Source: Archangium sp. (GTDB lineage Bacteria; Myxococcota; Myxococcia; Myxococcales; Myxococcaceae). From it: a DNA stretch of 37,244 bases. Made by a program: the position numbers and the translations under genes. Where the stretch lies: positions 1-37,244 of the forward strand of contig JANLPS010000089.1 of the NCBI GenBank assembly GCA_031367385.1, written 5' to 3'. This document shows, piece by piece, positions 26,547 through 37,244 of the stretch; positions within the stretch are counted from its first letter, which is position 1; every line of letters begins with the position of its first letter. The notes beneath the pieces were generated by a model, which did not search any database, was not told the origin of the DNA, and saw only the letters and a list, made by a program, of their open reading frames with translations.

Positions 26547-27860
26547 GTGACCACGCGCGTGCGCTGTATCGTCGTCTGTGGAGTCTTTGCCCTCCTGGCT
26601 GCTTCGTGCGGCGCGGCGTCGAACCCCGATTCAGGCGCGGCACTCGACGCGGGGCAGGCAGACGCCGGCAGGCTCGACGCAGGCGCGTTCGACGCGGGCC
26701 CCTCATTCGACGCCGGGTCGTTCGACGCCGGGTCGTTCGATGCCGGGTCAGGCGATGCCGGGTCATTCGACGCAGGGAGGCCCGACGCCGGTGAATCGCT
26801 GCCGCCATTCGACGCGGGGCTGTGCGCGCAGCTCCAGTCGCTGGTTCGGGCACAGGTCGACGCAGGGAAGACCGTGGGCATTGCCTTCAGCGTGCAGTGG
26901 GTCGATGGCGCGCGGTGCTCGGGCGCGGCCGGCGTCTCAGACTTGCAAAGCGGCGCAACGATGGCACCCGATTCGCCGTTCAAGATCGGCAGCGTGACCA
27001 AGACCTTCGTGGCGGCGGTGGTGCTGCAGTTGGTCGACGAGCACGTGCTTTTACTCACCGATCCAGTGTCCAAATGGCTGCCGACGTTTCCCGTTGGCGG
27101 GGTGACCATCGAGCAGCTGCTGAACCACACCAGCGGCCTGGTCGATTACCTCTTCGACAGCTCGCTCCAGGCGGCGCAATCGCAGGCGCACACCGATGAC
27201 CAGCTCTATGCCATCGCGGTCAGCGCCCAGTCGGGGGCGACCGCGCCCGGCACCTGGGCGTACTCGAATACCAACGCCTTGCTGCTGGGTCGAATCATCG
27301 GCGTCGCGACCGGCAACCCCTGGTACGTCGAAGTGCGGCGGCGTCTGCTCGATAGACCCGACCTGGGCTTGAGCTCGACGTTCGTCTACGGCTTCGAGCC
27401 CACGCCGGGCGGGCTGGTCAAGGGCTACCAGCAGGCTGACGGCGGCTGGGTCGAGCAGACCAACCTGATTCACCCGACGGTGGTGGGCTCGGCAGGGTGC
27501 ATGGTCTCGACGATGGTCGACCTGGGTCGCTGGTGGCGCGCGGTGAACCGGGGGCTGGTGTTCTCGAGCGCGTCACTGACCGCGATGCGAACCCACCAGG
27601 TCGCGGTGGTGCCCGGCCAGACCTGGGGGCTCGGCGTGCAGATTCAAGACGGCGCGCCGCTGGGCATTTTGTACGGCCACGGCGGTGGTCTGGGCGGCTA
27701 CTCCACGCAGATGCAGTTCTTCGACGGGCCGGGGCACACGGTGACCGTCGCCGAGAATATCTCGCTCGCCGAAGGAGACCCGCTCGAAGAGGTCGACCCT
27801 GCCACCAAGCTGCACAAGGGCATTCGCCCCCGGCTTTGGCAAACCGTGTTGGGGCTGTGA
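26547..27860 (+). CDS. Serine hydrolase (beta-lactamase class C / DD-peptidase family) lipoprotein with DAG-repeat stalk
   Basis: LAASC lipobox; SVTK (SxxK), LLNHTSG, YSN and GHGG motifs. Confidence 0.9.
   Translation: MTTRVRCIVVCGVFALLAASCGAASNPDSGAALDAGQADAGRLDAGAFDAGPSFDAGSFDAGSFDAGSGDAGSFDAGRPDAGESLPPFDAGLCAQLQSLVRAQVDAGKTVGIAFSVQWVDGARCSGAAGVSDLQSGATMAPDSPFKIGSVTKTFVAAVVLQLVDEHVLLLTDPVSKWLPTFPVGGVTIEQLLNHTSGLVDYLFDSSLQAAQSQAHTDDQLYAIAVSAQSGATAPGTWAYSNTNALLLGRIIGVATGNPWYVEVRRRLLDRPDLGLSSTFVYGFEPTPGGLVKGYQQADGGWVEQTNLIHPTVVGSAGCMVSTMVDLGRWWRAVNRGLVFSSASLTAMRTHQVAVVPGQTWGLGVQIQDGAPLGILYGHGGGLGGYSTQMQFFDGPGHTVTVAENISLAEGDPLEEVDPATKLHKGIRPRLWQTVLGL
26646..26819 (+). repeat. Coding ~15-bp tandem repeat encoding xxDAG (11 DAG copies)
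   Basis: LDAGQADAGRLDAGAFDAGPSFDAGSFDAGSFDAGSGDAGSFDAGRPDAG...FDAG. Confidence 0.92.
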
Positions 27861-29341
27861 AGAAGTGAGCGCGTGGGGGTGGTTGCAGATTCTCGCGGCG
27901 GTGTCGGCGATCGTGGTCGCGGCGCTGGCGCTGCTCGAGCGTGGCAACTCTCCGTTTCGGTTGCCACTGACCCTGCTGGCCATCGATCAATTCAGTTGGA
28001 ACGCGGCGTCGGTCGGCGGAGAGCTGACGGGAGATCATCACTCGTCGTTGGTCGGCGTGGGCGCGGCGCCGTTGTTCACGCCGATGGCGCTGCACTACGT
28101 GCTCACCTTCGTCGGGCAACGGGCGCGGTTGGGCTGGGTGCTCAAGGCCGCCTACGTGCTCTTCGGCGCGCAGACGCTCATCGCGATCGCCGATGGGCTG
28201 ACCGAGTTCGATCTCCCCGGTGGGTTGCACACCTACGCGGCGATGCTGTTGCTGCCCAGCGTGCCGGTCGCGGTTCTCGGCATCACGCTCGTTGCCCGTC
28301 ACCACCGGAGCGCCGTCAACGAGGGAGAGCGGTTTCGCTCGAAGCTGCTGATCGGCGCCCTCTGCGTGGTGGTGATGTTGCTGGTCACTGATCTGCTGGC
28401 TGATCTCGAAGTGCCGGTACCCCGCTTGGCAGACCTGGGCAGCTTCGTGTTCAACGCCTTGCTCGCGCAGATCACCCTCGGCATCACCGGGTCTTCGTGG
28501 CGGCAGGTGGTAGGCCAGGCGTTGATCGCGGTGCTGCTGATCGTGGTTGCCTACCTCACGCTCTTTCTCACCCTGGGTCACCGGCTGGGCGCGTTGGTCA
28601 TCTCGATGGCCGCGCTCTCGTTCGCGTTGCTGACGGTCGGCGGGCTCATCTGGCGCTCGGTGCTGCAGGGGCGCGAAGGCCTCGAGCGCTTCGCCACCGT
28701 GGGTCGGTTTTCTGCACACATGGCGCATGACCTGAAGAACCCGCTCGCGGCGGCGAAGGGGGCGGCTGAGTTTCTCTCTGAAGACCTGCGCCGAGCGAAC
28801 CTTGTGCAGCAGCGTGAATTCTCCGAGCTCATCGTGGCGCAGCTCGACCGGTTGACCGCGATCATCGACCGCTACCAACGGCTCTCGAACCTCGAGCTCT
28901 CGGTGCAGCCGACCGACCTCAACGCCCTCGTGCGCCAGGTCCTTTCGCTGCAGTCATTCGCGGCGGGGCAGGTGCGGCTGGTGCAAGACCTGGCGCTCGC
29001 GGTGCCGACCATCAGCGTCGACCCGCAGTTGCTCAGCTCGGCGCTCGAGAACCTGGTGAAGAACGCCTTCGAGGCGATGCCGAATGGTGGCGTAGTGACC
29101 GTGAGCACCGCGGTCGAGGTCGATGCCGTGCGTCTGGTGGTCAAAGACAACGGCCCGGGCATGGACGCTCGCACCAAAGAGAGCGCATTCACCCTGTTTT
29201 TCACCACCAAAACCACCGGCACCGGCCTCGGCCTGGCATTCGTGCGTCAAATTGCACGCGCACATGGAGGCGAAGTCATGCTGACGTCGCGCGAAGGGCA
29301 GGGCACGATGGTCGAACTGGTACTCCCACGAGGACGTGACG

Positions 29342-30697
<1,356 letters not shown>

Positions 30698-30705
30698 CCT
30701 AAGAC

Positions 30706-31746
30706 ATGGCCTTTCACGGAGATCTCTCGAGTTACCCGGTGCCCGAGCTGCTGCAGTGGCTCGATGGCTCGCGCAAGACCGGCGCGCTGCACCTGACCTG
30801 GGAGGCCGGCAATCGAAAGCTGTTCTTGCTGGGCGGCCAGGTGGTGGCGACCGCGGCTCCGGGCTTGTGGGAGCGGCTGAGCCGGGTGCTCGAGCTCGGC
30901 GGTGAAGCGGTCGGTCAACAGGTGATGCAGCTGCTTCGCACCGGGCAGCCCGAGCCCCTGGTTCGGCCGGTCGCCGAAGACGATTTGATGAGCTCGATGG
31001 TCGACCTGACCCAGACCCAGGTGGGGCGCTTTCACTGGTCTGAAGACCCCGATCGCGGCGAAGACGAGTGGGTGTCGATTGAGATGTCGCTGCGGCACAT
31101 CGTGTTTGAGACGATGCGCCACTTAGACGAGCTGCCCGATGTCGAGCGGGCGCTGCCGAGCGATACGCTGGTGGTGGCTCCGTTGCAGGGGTCGAGCCCG
31201 CCGGGCAATGTGCTGCACCGGGTGCTGTACCGCATTGCGAAGGCGCAGCCGGGCATCAGCCCCGCGCGGTTGTGGCTGGTGCTCGGGCTCTCGCGCACGC
31301 TGGTGACGCGGGCGATCTACGACATGATTCGGGCGGGGCAGGTGGTGGTCGAGGGGGCTCCGATGCCTGAGGCCGACCCGATCGCCGACATGCTCGAGAA
31401 GGGCGCGATTTTGGTGCGCGAGCGGCAGTTCGACGCAGCTGGGTTGGTGTTCGCGTCGTTGATGCAGAATGACCCGTCTGACCGCCGCGTGCGTGAGTTC
31501 GCGCGCATGGTCGAGCGTGAGCATGCGGCGACGTTGTATCGAGATCTGCCGCCGGTGGGCCGGTTCGACGTGACCGCGCCTCCTGCGACCCTGGCGGGGC
31601 TGCGGCCTGATGAGCGGGCACTCGTGTCGCAACTGCAAAGCGGGTGGGACGTGTCGTCGGTGGTGCTCGCGAGTGGCCGGCGCGAGCTCGATACGTTGAA
31701 GTCACTCGAGAAATTGATGCGCATGGGTGCGATTCATCTGCGCTGA
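30706..31746 (+). CDS. DUF4388 (PatA N-terminal-like) domain protein
   Basis: MAFHGDLSSYPVPELLQWLDGSRKTGALHL...LFLLGGQVV; TPR-like and winged-helix-like segments downstream. Confidence 0.85.
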   Translation: MAFHGDLSSYPVPELLQWLDGSRKTGALHLTWEAGNRKLFLLGGQVVATAAPGLWERLSRVLELGGEAVGQQVMQLLRTGQPEPLVRPVAEDDLMSSMVDLTQTQVGRFHWSEDPDRGEDEWVSIEMSLRHIVFETMRHLDELPDVERALPSDTLVVAPLQGSSPPGNVLHRVLYRIAKAQPGISPARLWLVLGLSRTLVTRAIYDMIRAGQVVVEGAPMPEADPIADMLEKGAILVRERQFDAAGLVFASLMQNDPSDRRVREFARMVEREHAATLYRDLPPVGRFDVTAPPATLAGLRPDERALVSQLQSGWDVSSVVLASGRRELDTLKSLEKLMRMGAIHLR

Positions 31747-31757
31747 GCCTGGGCTCG

Positions 31758-33899
31758 CTATTTCTCGATTTCGAAGGCACTGACGTCGAATGGCTCGGCC
31801 GGTGAGTCGAGCGTGAGCACGCCGCCGTCGAAGCGCGTTTGGCTGGTGACGTCTTCAACGAAGCGCGCCAATTCGGGTTGCTGGTACTCAGCATCATAGA
31901 GGGGTTGGTAGCGGGTGAGGGCTGCGGCGAAGCCGTCAGCGAATGCAGAGGTGATGGTTGAAGAGGCCTGCGCCCTGGTGAGCAAGCGTTGGGTGTTGAC
32001 CATCGTGGCGGTGTTGGCGAACTCGACGACGAACATCTCAAGCAGCGTGCAGTCGGCCACCTTGCCCAGGCTCGAAGAGAGTGCGCCGTTGCTCGCGCAG
32101 TAGGCGTCGAGCGCAGTGCACACGGGGCTGGCACCGAGCGTCGTCTTCACCTGAGTGCCCGCGGCGCACGCGATGGGCACCGAGCTCGTCGAAAGACGTT
32201 TGTACGCGTCGACGAGCTGCGCTTGCGTCAGCGCGTGCTTCGAATTGATGGTCGAGCGCAGTACCCGCGTCGGTGGCGCGGTCAACCCGGTCACTTCGAG
32301 ACGCCAGGTAAGCGTTCGACCAGGGGCCTGCAAAGGGTCGATTCGCATCGGGCCAACCCCCCAATTCTCGCGCCGGGCACGCTCCTGATCGAAGAGCGTC
32401 TTGCTCGCGCTCAGGGTCGCACGTTGGGGGTCGCTCAACAGCACGCTCACGCTCGCCGGTATGGTGGCGCTGAAACCTTCGTAATAGGCGCGAAGCTGGG
32501 CTGCGACCGGCCCGAGTCTGGTTGTGATGGAGGGGTCGGCCCCGGCGAGTTGAGAGACGGCCGTCGTGAGCGACATCTCTTGGTGGGGTGTGAACGCGGC
32601 GGCGACGACCGTCATCGAGGTGGGGCCATCGGTCGCGACCACCCGCACCCACGGGTTGTCAGAGTGGCTCGTGACACGGGTGGGCCCGAGCCGCGAGAGC
32701 AGGTCAAGCACCTGGTACCCGGCTCGAGGCAGGCCGCGAAGCGAAGCGAACATCGGGCTGATGATCGCAAACGCGTTTTCATGATCTTGATACGACTGCG
32801 AGGCCTGGTCATCGTAGCCCGCTTCGTCGAACGCCAACATCGTGCTGCCGACGAAGGCCGCGCCGACGAAGGTCGAGTTCACGTTATCGACCGACGTGTC
32901 TTCGTAGACGCTGTAGTTCCACTCGTCGTTGATGATTTCGGTCGTCTCGCCAGGGTAGCCGAACTCGGTCAACCAGGAGCGCACGGTGGCGAGCTGATCT
33001 TCGTGAAAGTGGAAGTTGCTGGCAGGGTTCACGTTGAACGAGTGCAAGGTCACGAAGTCGATTGGGAGGCCTGCGTGCGCCGAAGCCTCGATGAACCGAC
33101 GAACGAACGGCGTCGTGACGGTGCTGGGGTCATTGATCGTTCGCCCCGAGAGCACGGACTCGGAGTGAGAAGGGCCCCCGATGCGAGCGCTCGGGTCAGC
33201 CATTCGTGCGCCCTTCACCACCGCCGCATACAGCGCGTTGTATTGTTCGGTCGTGCCGTACCAGGTGCACGTGGTCGGCTCGTTCCACACTTCGTAGCGC
33301 TGCCCTGGGCCGAAGCGTTTGGTAAAGAACGCGACGATCGGCGCGACCACCTGAGTCGCATAGAGGTCGAGATCACGCGGAGGTCGCCATTGCAGCTGCT
33401 CGCTGTTGGGCCCCTGACGGCAGATGGCGGGCGGGCTGATCGTGGTGTCTTGAAGCCACGAGGGCGTCGCCATGAAATTGAAGATGACCGACCCGCCCTG
33501 CTTCTCGTACCGCTCGATCAGGCCGAGCTCCGGCATGGCCTCGAGCGCTTGTTCAAGGCCCGCGGAGAAGTCGGCCTGCGACACGTTTGCGTTTTCAGTC
33601 AGCCGCTGAAGCGAGAAGCGGAGCGCGCCGAGTCGATGCGGGCCGACCAGGTGTGACTCGAGAGGTGCCGCGGAGAGAAACGGTGTCCAGACGGTGCCGC
33701 CGAAGGCGTGACCCTTTGCCAGCAGGGGCCTCGCGGGCGCGACGCGCGTACGGTCAACGGTGAGCTTGACGTCAATCACGCCGGCATCGAGCGAGAGCCA
33801 CCCTGCATCACTGGTGCTGCCCGGAGATGGCGCGAACACCTCGGCCGACGTGCACGCCGAAAGCATGAGCATCGCAAGAACGAGCCTGGAGTAATTCAT
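31758..33899 (-). CDS. GH39-like (clan GH-A) glycoside hydrolase lipoprotein
   Basis: LSAC lipobox; TPSWL, YEVWNEP (acid/base), IGGP, PIDFVTLHSF, INDEWN (nucleophile). Confidence 0.8.
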   Translation of the reverse strand: MNYSRLVLAMLMLSACTSAEVFAPSPGSTSDAGWLSLDAGVIDVKLTVDRTRVAPARPLLAKGHAFGGTVWTPFLSAAPLESHLVGPHRLGALRFSLQRLTENANVSQADFSAGLEQALEAMPELGLIERYEKQGGSVIFNFMATPSWLQDTTISPPAICRQGPNSEQLQWRPPRDLDLYATQVVAPIVAFFTKRFGPGQRYEVWNEPTTCTWYGTTEQYNALYAAVVKGARMADPSARIGGPSHSESVLSGRTINDPSTVTTPFVRRFIEASAHAGLPIDFVTLHSFNVNPASNFHFHEDQLATVRSWLTEFGYPGETTEIINDEWNYSVYEDTSVDNVNSTFVGAAFVGSTMLAFDEAGYDDQASQSYQDHENAFAIISPMFASLRGLPRAGYQVLDLLSRLGPTRVTSHSDNPWVRVVATDGPTSMTVVAAAFTPHQEMSLTTAVSQLAGADPSITTRLGPVAAQLRAYYEGFSATIPASVSVLLSDPQRATLSASKTLFDQERARRENWGVGPMRIDPLQAPGRTLTWRLEVTGLTAPPTRVLRSTINSKHALTQAQLVDAYKRLSTSSVPIACAAGTQVKTTLGASPVCTALDAYCASNGALSSSLGKVADCTLLEMFVVEFANTATMVNTQRLLTRAQASSTITSAFADGFAAALTRYQPLYDAEYQQPELARFVEDVTSQTRFDGGVLTLDSPAEPFDVSAFEIEK

Positions 33900-34016
33900 A
33901 TGAGTGAAAGACACACCTCACGTCATCGACAGAAAGTGCCTGGCGCGATTTCGGGGCGGCGAACCTGGGTGAACCCACAATGTTTTCAAGCGTCTGCAGG
34001 CTGGCAGCGCGAAATT

Positions 34017-35132
34017 CTAATTGGGCATGTACCCCTGGCCCCACTTGAACGCGAACAGGCACATCGAGCCGAGGCCGATCACGACCCACGCGATTCGCAA
34101 GCGCGGCCTGGGGTCGAGCCACTTGGCGATGAAGATGAAGAGCGGAAAATTCGACGCCATGTACCGGTGCACGCCCCGAAGAATGCCCGTCGAGAGCGGC
34201 AGCAGCACGTTGAGCGCCCCCATCACCAGGTAGCCGGGCCGCTCCTTGCGCCAGGCTGCCCAGGCGATGGTGACGACTCCGAGCAACGCCAGCACGTGGT
34301 AGTCGAGCGAGTCGGTGATTTGAATGAACGGCGCGAGAAAGAACGTCGCGTGCCGCCCCCAGCCCGCCTGCACGTGCATGAAGTACAGCGGGTCTGCATA
34401 AATCGAGAAGTGCAGGGCGAAGAGAAACGCCACCGAGAGCCCCGGCAGCAGCAACGCCAACACGCGCGGGGTGAGCTTGAGCGTGCCGTCGCGCTGACGC
34501 AGCAGCTCGTACAGCACCGCGAAGCAGACGAAACCGCCCGACGCCCGCGCCAACACCGCCAGCATGCACGCGAGCCCGGCCACCCAGGGCTTGCCCGTGC
34601 GCGCACAGAACACCGCGAAGACGCCCAGAAACAGCGCCGCCGACTCGGGGTACACGCACGAGAGAAAGTGCGCGCCCGGGTAGCACATCAGCACCAGCAC
34701 GACGCGCTCAGCGAACTCGGGCGTGCCGTCGAGTCGCACCAGCTTGTCGAGGTACACCACCGCGAGCACCAACAGCACCTGCACCAGCAGCACTCCGGCG
34801 AGGTACGGCTCGAGCGAGGTCAGCACCGAGACCCCACGCATCAAGCTCGGCAACAGGGGGAAGTAGGCGGCGTGAAAGACCCAGCCGCCATTCGGAGGCG
34901 GGTAGCCGTCTCGCGCAATCGACAGGTAAAACGACGTGTCCCATCGGCCCCAGACGTCGAGCACGCGCCAGGGCACCTGCTGCCAATAGAAAGGGCCCTC
35001 GTGCGCAACCCAGTGGAGGTCATCTTGCGGCCGGGGCCAGTAGGAGCCCGCCACCATCGCTGCCAATGCCAGCAGCCGCGTGCCGACCACGTAGAACGCC
35101 AAGCGCGCAGCGCGTCGGAGCCGGTAGTGCAC
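34017..35132 (-). CDS. GT-C membrane mannosyltransferase (PIG-V-like)
   Basis: RWDTSFYLSIARDGY, AYFPLLP, YPES, QAGWGR and RY motifs; multiple TM helices. Confidence 0.87.
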   Translation of the reverse strand: MHYRLRRAARLAFYVVGTRLLALAAMVAGSYWPRPQDDLHWVAHEGPFYWQQVPWRVLDVWGRWDTSFYLSIARDGYPPPNGGWVFHAAYFPLLPSLMRGVSVLTSLEPYLAGVLLVQVLLVLAVVYLDKLVRLDGTPEFAERVVLVLMCYPGAHFLSCVYPESAALFLGVFAVFCARTGKPWVAGLACMLAVLARASGGFVCFAVLYELLRQRDGTLKLTPRVLALLLPGLSVAFLFALHFSIYADPLYFMHVQAGWGRHATFFLAPFIQITDSLDYHVLALLGVVTIAWAAWRKERPGYLVMGALNVLLPLSTGILRGVHRYMASNFPLFIFIAKWLDPRPRLRIAWVVIGLGSMCLFAFKWGQGYMPN

Positions 35133-35170
35133 ATGCCGCGCCTAGCCCATCGAGCGCGAAAACGCTCAGG

Positions 35171-35199
35171 TTGACATTGTGTGCGCGCACTCCTACGGA
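35171..35199 (+). promoter_or_regulatory. Putative sigma70-type promoter with a palindrome in the spacer
   Basis: TTGACA, 17-nt spacer containing the perfect palindrome GTGCGCGCAC, weak -10 TACGGA, 8 nt before ATG 35208. Confidence 0.4.
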
Positions 35200-35207
35200 C
35201 GGGCACC

Positions 35208-36137
35208 ATGAAAAAAACACTGACGGTGCTCGCAGTCGTGTTGGGGTGCACGGCCTTTGCCGAGGGCGATGTGGCCAAGGTGTTCGTCGACAAGGGGTCG
35301 ACCTACCTGCGCTCCGAGAAGAAGCTCAAGGTCGGCGATGAGCTGGTGATGGTGACCGATGCCGCCGGAGCCACCGAGGCCGGCCACGCCCTGGTGATGG
35401 AGGTCAATGGCGCGCTCGTTCGGGTGACCCTCGATGACGAGGCCGCGAAGGCGAACGCGAAGTTTGCCCGGTTGTCGGCTCCGGTCGCGGCCAAGTCCGC
35501 TGCTCCCGCCGCCAAGCCTGCTCCCGTCGTGGCCGCCGCTGCCCCAGCCGCCGCTGCCCCGGCCGCCGCGCAGCCCCCACCGCCTCCGCCCCCGGCCGCT
35601 GCGGCACCACCGGCGCCTCCTGCGCTGACCGGGCCGACGCTCAAAGGCCGCCTCGAGGCGAACGGGTTTCGCGCCGTGGCCTACAACGACAGCCCCACCC
35701 CGTGGACGGGCTGCGAATTTCGATTTTCAGATGGTGGGTTTCACGACATCGGCACGGTGGGGGCGATGAGTGACGAGAGCAGCGTGCTGATCAAGTTCAC
35801 CTGGCCGCCAGACCCGCCGTTCAACGGCGTGACGGTGAAGTGCGCCGAGGGTGAGGCGTTCTTCAAGTTCAGCGAGCCGGCCGCGAAGCACGCGCTCGAT
35901 GGGTTCGCCGAGGTCGACGGCAGTCGCGTGACCATCAACAACTCAGGCGACACCGAATGGACTCGCTGCGACGTGCGCAAACCCGATGGCACCCACTACG
36001 TGATGGGCCGGCTCAAGGCGCATGACCGTGACAGCGCACGTGGCGGAGCGTTTCAGAAAAGCAACGACGCGCCGAAGCCGCCGCGGTGGCTGACCCTGAC
36101 CTGCAAAGAGGGGTCGCTGCGCCAGCAGGTCTACTGA
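35208..36137 (+). CDS. Secreted hypothetical protein with Ala/Pro linker and two tandem ~80-aa domains
   Basis: Signal peptide ending AFA; internal duplication N..PTPWTGC...VTVKCAEG versus N..DTEWTRC...LTLTCKEG. Confidence 0.8.
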   Translation: MKKTLTVLAVVLGCTAFAEGDVAKVFVDKGSTYLRSEKKLKVGDELVMVTDAAGATEAGHALVMEVNGALVRVTLDDEAAKANAKFARLSAPVAAKSAAPAAKPAPVVAAAAPAAAAPAAAQPPPPPPPAAAAPPAPPALTGPTLKGRLEANGFRAVAYNDSPTPWTGCEFRFSDGGFHDIGTVGAMSDESSVLIKFTWPPDPPFNGVTVKCAEGEAFFKFSEPAAKHALDGFAEVDGSRVTINNSGDTEWTRCDVRKPDGTHYVMGRLKAHDRDSARGGAFQKSNDAPKPPRWLTLTCKEGSLRQQVY

Positions 36138-36173
36138 TCGAGATCCCGCTCGCCAGGAGGGACTCGAAAGACC

Positions 36174-36195
36174 CTTCGACGTTCTTGCGTCGAAG
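36174..36195. terminator. Hairpin between convergent genes, possible terminator
   Basis: CTTCGACG-ttcttg-CGTCGAAG; no U-tract on either strand. Confidence 0.35.
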
Positions 36196-36201
36196 TGGGC
36201 G

Positions 36202-37244
36202 CTACTGCGTCGGCGCAGGCAACCCGAGCGCGTTGAGCCGCACGAAGGTCTGCATCAGCACGTAGAGCGAAAAGGCCGCGTCATCGATGCGCGCATCGCC
36301 ATGCGGCGCCCGCTTGAACAGCTCGAGCACGTCGCGGCCGTCGACGCCCAGCAAGAACGCTTGATTGCCCAGCGAGCCTTCACCCGCGAAGGCCAACGCG
36401 CGCCGCACGGTCTCCTGACAGGCGCGAACGCAATCGTCCCACTCGGCGCTCTCGAAGCACGCCTCGGCTACCCGGGCGGCATCAATCAACACGCCAGGCG
36501 CCATCGCCGCCGCCGCGCCCATGGCAGGCTTCGGAGCCACCTGCGGCGCCCGCGCCTTCTCGATCGTCGGCCCAACTGCTGACGACCGAATGTGCGCTTT
36601 GATCTGTTCTTCGAGCCCGGCCCCGATTTCTCTCGTCAGCGCCGGAGCCGACCCCGGAGACGGCTTGGCCGCCGGGTCTGGCACCACCCGCCGCGCGCGC
36701 AGGTCTTTGATGACCAGCCGAATCGTCTCTTTCATCGAGTCGAGAATGCCCTGGCCGCTCGTCGCGCACGTCTCGAACGCCGGCACGTTGCGCGAGTTGA
36801 GGTGCTGCATTCGCTGCAAGGGCAGCGCAGTCTGCAGGTCGCGCTTGTTGTACTGAATCACCAGGGGAAACCCGTCGAGCGAGATGCCCTGCTCGTGCAG
36901 GTTTTCTTCGAGGTTGGCCATCGACTCGGTGTTCGCGTCTTCGGCCGCGGGGTTCGAGTCGGCGACGAAGATCACGCCGTCAGCGCCCTGCAGCACCAGC
37001 TTTCGGGTCGCGTTGTAGAAGACCTGGCCGGGCACGGTGTACAGCGCCAGGCGCAGCGAATAATCGCCGACCCGCTCGACTCGCACCGGCAAGAAGTCGA
37101 AGAACAAGGTGCGATCGGCCTCGGTCGGCAGCGACATCAGCTCGCCGCGCAACGAGGGTTTGATCGTCTCGTAGATGCGCTTGAGCGACGTGGTCTTGCC
37201 CGACAACCCAGGGCCGTAGAAGACGACCTTCGCCGCGACTTCGC
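36202..37244 (-). CDS. MglA-family small GTPase with C-terminal helical extension; partial, start beyond the right edge
   Basis: EVAAKVVFYGPGLSGKTT, DRTLFFDFLP, YTVPGQVFYNATRKLVL and NKRD. About 150 aa longer than canonical MglA, so probably a paralogue. Confidence 0.9.
   Translation of the reverse strand, partial: EVAAKVVFYGPGLSGKTTSLKRIYETIKPSLRGELMSLPTEADRTLFFDFLPVRVERVGDYSLRLALYTVPGQVFYNATRKLVLQGADGVIFVADSNPAAEDANTESMANLEENLHEQGISLDGFPLVIQYNKRDLQTALPLQRMQHLNSRNVPAFETCATSGQGILDSMKETIRLVIKDLRARRVVPDPAAKPSPGSAPALTREIGAGLEEQIKAHIRSSAVGPTIEKARAPQVAPKPAMGAAAAMAPGVLIDAARVAEACFESAEWDDCVRACQETVRRALAFAGEGSLGNQAFLLGVDGRDVLELFKRAPHGDARIDDAAFSLYVLMQTFVRLNALGLPAPTQ

Noticed and set aside
31989..35174. 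Long plus-strand ORFs (555 aa and 488 aa) and similar antisense ORFs across the window
   Set aside because: They are shadow frames of high-GC genes on the opposite strand, Arg/Ala/Gly-rich and without motifs.
36202..37244. Calling the gene mglA or sofG
   Set aside because: The long C-terminal extension and the missing 5' context prevent an orthology assignment.

Overview
GC-rich chromosomal window from a myxobacterium (Myxococcota). The assignment rests on MYXO-CTERM sorting signals, Cys-rich lipoproteins, a Hanks kinase, a DUF4388 protein and an MglA-family GTPase. It holds about 28 intact or edge-truncated CDSs: housekeeping genes (accA, cmk, a cold-shock protein), signalling genes (PrkA-family ATPase, Ser/Thr kinase, 7TM histidine kinase with a sigma-54 response regulator, DUF4388, MglA-like GTPase), a tandem ArsA/Get3-family ATPase, and many exported hydrolases (S1 protease, five HExxH metallopeptidases, a serine beta-lactamase-like enzyme, a GH39-like enzyme). 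I see no rRNA, tRNA, CRISPR array, transposase or phage gene. The most notable observations are: (1) an intergenic array with exact 42-bp phasing and alternating palindromes after cmk; (2) an SDR gene whose middle ~250 bp lies inverted, next to a 5'-truncated DUF429 gene; (3) an in-frame TAG inside a BNR/MYXO-CTERM gene; (4) an apparent in-frame deletion of the core of a receptor kinase; (5) complementary degeneration of the two ArsA ATPase sites; (6) a recurrent TANNNT-like box 6-9 nt before start codons, suggesting leaderless mRNAs; (7) a REP-like inverted doublet with a heptamer expansion. Family calls come from motif recognition only; no database searches were run. I cannot support a complete novel multi-gene system from this sequence alone.
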